DNA of 64,000 bases from an uncultured bacterium. Lineage in GTDB: Bacteria > Verrucomicrobiota > Kiritimatiellia > PWTM01. Position 1 is the first letter of the stretch, and every line of letters starts with the position of its first letter. Position numbers and translations under genes: made by a program. Of the stretch, positions 62,112-64,000 are shown piece by piece. Location of the stretch: the NCBI GenBank assembly GCA_937139365.1, contig CAKZPT010000090.1, positions 77,346 to 141,345 of the forward strand. Reading direction: 5' to 3'. The notes below the pieces were generated by a model, which was not told the DNA's origin, did not search any database, and saw nothing but the letters and a program-made list of their open reading frames with translations.

Positions 62112-63050
62112 TCAGGCCACGTCCGCGACGGGCACGGCCGGTTCGCGCGCCGGCGACGGCGCGGCCAGCAGGCGGGCGGCCACCTCGGCGGCCCTTCGAC
62201 CCGAAAACAGCATGCCCGCGAACGTCGGGCCCATCCTGGGTAGACCGTGCACCGTGGCCACGGCCATGCCCGCCACGATCAGGCCCGGAACCACCTCGCC
62301 CGTCCGCTCCACCACCGCGCTCTCCGACGCCTCGACGTCCATCGCACCGCATTCCCCGGCCATGGCCAGGCGGCCGCGCCGCGCCAGGCTCGCGCACACA
62401 CGCGCGTCGTGGCCCGTGGCGTCCACGACGACCCGCGCCTCCAGCGCGATCGGGTCCACGCAGGTGATCTGACGGGGCAGCGCCGCCACGGGGGACCAGT
62501 TGATCACCACCCCCTCCACCCGTCCGTTGCGCAGGACCACGTCCTCGAACCGCGTCATGTTCAGCACGCGGGCGCCGGCGTCGCAGGCCGCGGCGATGAG
62601 CCGAGCACAGGCATGGGGGCCGTCCGCCACCGCCAGTCCTTCGCGGGCAAACCGGTACGGGATGCCCAGCTCGTCCAGCAGCTCGTGGGCGGGTGCTCGG
62701 AAAGTCAGCGGGTTCATCAGGTAGCCGCCGATCCAGAAGCCCCCGCCGACGTAGTTGTTGTTCTCGACGATCAGCGTCCGCCAACCCCGGGCGGCCAGGT
62801 CGCGGGCAGCCATCAGCCCGCTGGGCCCCCCGCCGACGATCACGACGTCGGTGGACAGGTATTGGTCTAGGAGTTCATGGAATCCCCGCGCAATGGCGCG
62901 GCTGATCTCCACCTCGGGTACGGGCGCGAACTTCACGGTTGCTTCCTCTTCGGTTGCGCCGGCGGGGGGGATGACCCGGAGATCCCGCGCGCTCCCGCGC
63001 GCGTCCTCCGCCCGACTCCCTTCGCTGGCATGACCCAGATCAGGTTCCAA
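62112..63050 (-). CDS. thi4: Thiazole synthase Thi4 family (thiamine thiazole biosynthesis)
   Basis: FAD dinucleotide motif [11 protein letters not shown], and the Thi4 blocks [12 protein letters not shown] and [13 protein letters not shown]. The start is uncertain; it may be an internal GTG near 62936. Confidence 0.75.
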   Translation of the reverse strand: MEPDLGHASEGSRAEDARGSARDLRVIPPAGATEEEATVKFAPVPEVEISRAIARGFHELLDQYLSTDVVIVGGGPSGLMAARDLAARGWRTLIVENNNYVGGGFWIGGYLMNPLTFRAPAHELLDELGIPYRFAREGLAVADGPHACARLIAAACDAGARVLNMTRFEDVVLRNGRVEGVVINWSPVAALPRQITCVDPIALEARVVVDATGHDARVCASLARRGRLAMAGECGAMDVEASESAVVERTGEVVPGLIVAGMAVATVHGLPRMGPTFAGMLFSGRRAAEVAARLLAAPSPAREPAVPVADVA

Positions 63051-63206
63051 GGGTCTCCCGCATTCACGGGACTCTCAGGCCGTCTCGCGGCCTCCCCTGC
63101 GATGGTCACCGCATCTAATCTACCGCGGCGGCGTTTGTTTTCAAGGAAGGGGACCGCCGGATCGGCAGGGTCGCCAGACCGGCACCGACCGGTTATGCTC
63201 CGCGGC

Positions 63207-64000
63207 ATGAGCGGTTCCGAGGCCCGGCGGCGGGCGCGCTTGCACGGCACCACTGTCGGACGCGTGCGCGACGATGTCCTGGCCTACACGGCCGGGGACG
63301 ATTTGCGGCTCGACGTCGAGCTGGTCGAGTACGACTGCCTTGGCACGGCCGCCCACGTCACGATGCTGGCGGCGGCGCGCACCCGGCCGCCGCTGCTGGG
63401 CCGGCGCGAGGCCCGCCGCGTGGTCCGCGAACTCGGGCAGATGGCCGTCGAGGCCCGGCGCGGCCGGTTCGCCCTTCGGCCGGAGGACCAGGACTGCCAT
63501 CTGGCGATCGAGCGAATCCTCACCGAGCGGCTCGGAGACACCGGCCGCCGCATTCACCTGGGTCGCAGCCGCAACGACCAGGTCGCCACCGCGCTGCGCC
63601 TGCACACCCGCGACCACCTGCTGGGCGCCGTCCAGGAGGCCGCCGCACTGGCCGAGGCGCTGCTGGATTTCGCCGGCCGGCACCTGCGCGTGCCGATGGC
63701 CGGCCGGACCCACCTGCAGCCGGCGATGCCCTCCTCCGTCGGCCTGTGGGCGGCCGCGTGGGCGGAGGACCTCGCGGACGACGCCGTGCTGATGCTCAAC
63801 GTCGCCGACCTCGCCGACCAGTGTCCCCTCGGCTCCGCCGCCAGCTACGGTGTGCCGTTGCCCATCGACCGGGCCCTGACGGCGCGTCTGCTGGGGTTCT
63901 CGAGACCCACCCACACAGTCCTGTACGCCAACCATACCCGCGGCAAGGTCGAGGCCGCCGCTTTGCACGCCTGCGCGCAAACGATGGTCACGCTGTCGCG
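63207..64000 (+). CDS. argH: Argininosuccinate lyase. Partial: the 3' end runs off the window.
   Basis: I translated this by hand: MSGSEARRRARLHGTTVGRVRDDVLAYTAGDDLRLDVELVEYDCLGTAAHVTML...LGRSRNDQVATALRLH...MAGRTHLQPAMP. These are fumarate-lyase/ArgH signature blocks. It is absent from the ORF track because it has no stop inside the window. Confidence 0.8.
   Translation, partial: MSGSEARRRARLHGTTVGRVRDDVLAYTAGDDLRLDVELVEYDCLGTAAHVTMLAAARTRPPLLGRREARRVVRELGQMAVEARRGRFALRPEDQDCHLAIERILTERLGDTGRRIHLGRSRNDQVATALRLHTRDHLLGAVQEAAALAEALLDFAGRHLRVPMAGRTHLQPAMPSSVGLWAAAWAEDLADDAVLMLNVADLADQCPLGSAASYGVPLPIDRALTARLLGFSRPTHTVLYANHTRGKVEAAALHACAQTMVTLS

Overview
This is a roughly 67% GC bacterial chromosomal window, densely coding and biased toward the minus strand (everything from 1 to 45.5 kb except serA is on the minus strand). 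It is mostly housekeeping and central metabolism. I found no rRNA, tRNA, CRISPR array or obvious mobile element.

Gene content on the minus strand, by position:
- 1 to 5.5 kb: an rpoN-neighbourhood-like cluster, kdsA-lptC-lptA-lptB-hpf-hprK-ptsH-ptsI, but with no rpoN.
- 6.1 to 7.7 kb: serA on the plus strand, followed by a hairpin terminator.
- 7.9 to 13.7 kb: a sulfur amino-acid supraoperon, Rrf2 regulator then metY-osmC-CBS-CGL-cysK, driven by a near-consensus sigma-70 promoter inside a very AT-rich island.
- 13.9 to 21 kb: xerC/D, purC, pepA, maf, a stand-alone trpB2, and pyrE.
- 20.4 to 23.4 kb: a glucosylglycerate operon (M20-like protein, gpgS, HAD phosphatase).
- 24 to 29 kb: a run of secreted proteins and hypotheticals.
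- 29.4 to 33.2 kb: pgl and pntAB.
- 35 to 42.8 kb: prmC-prfA, rpmE, ubiE, argDBJ, and rpsI-rplM.
- 43 to 45.5 kb: a long U32 peptidase.

The rest of the window:
- 46.3 to 47.7 kb: a sigma-54 enhancer-binding protein, divergent from a sigma-54 promoter that drives a hypothetical protein, a GDSL hydrolase and a TSUP exporter.
- 51.2 to 53.7 kb: a four-domain CoADR-rhodanese-TusA-DsrE sulfur-trafficking protein.
- 55.2 to 56.9 kb: two tandem paralogous membrane coiled-coil proteins with an MreC-like C-terminal domain.
- 58.1 to 62.1 kb: sufT-sufC-sufB-sufD.
- 62.1 kb to the end: thi4, then a partial argH.

The observations most worth a second look:
- A recurrent GGACAGGCAC element shared by the serA and cysteine-operon upstream regions.
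- A triple TTCCAA-N3-TTGGAA operator array in front of serA.
- The sigma-54 module.
- The tandem MreC-like coiled-coil pair.
- The 4-cysteine sulfur-relay fusion.
- Several apparent single-base frameshifts that suggest assembly indels.
- A 1.1 kb stretch (53.76 to 54.88 kb) for which I could not make a confident gene call.

Many large plus-strand ORFs in the six-frame track are GC-rich shadow ORFs antisense to real genes and were not called.
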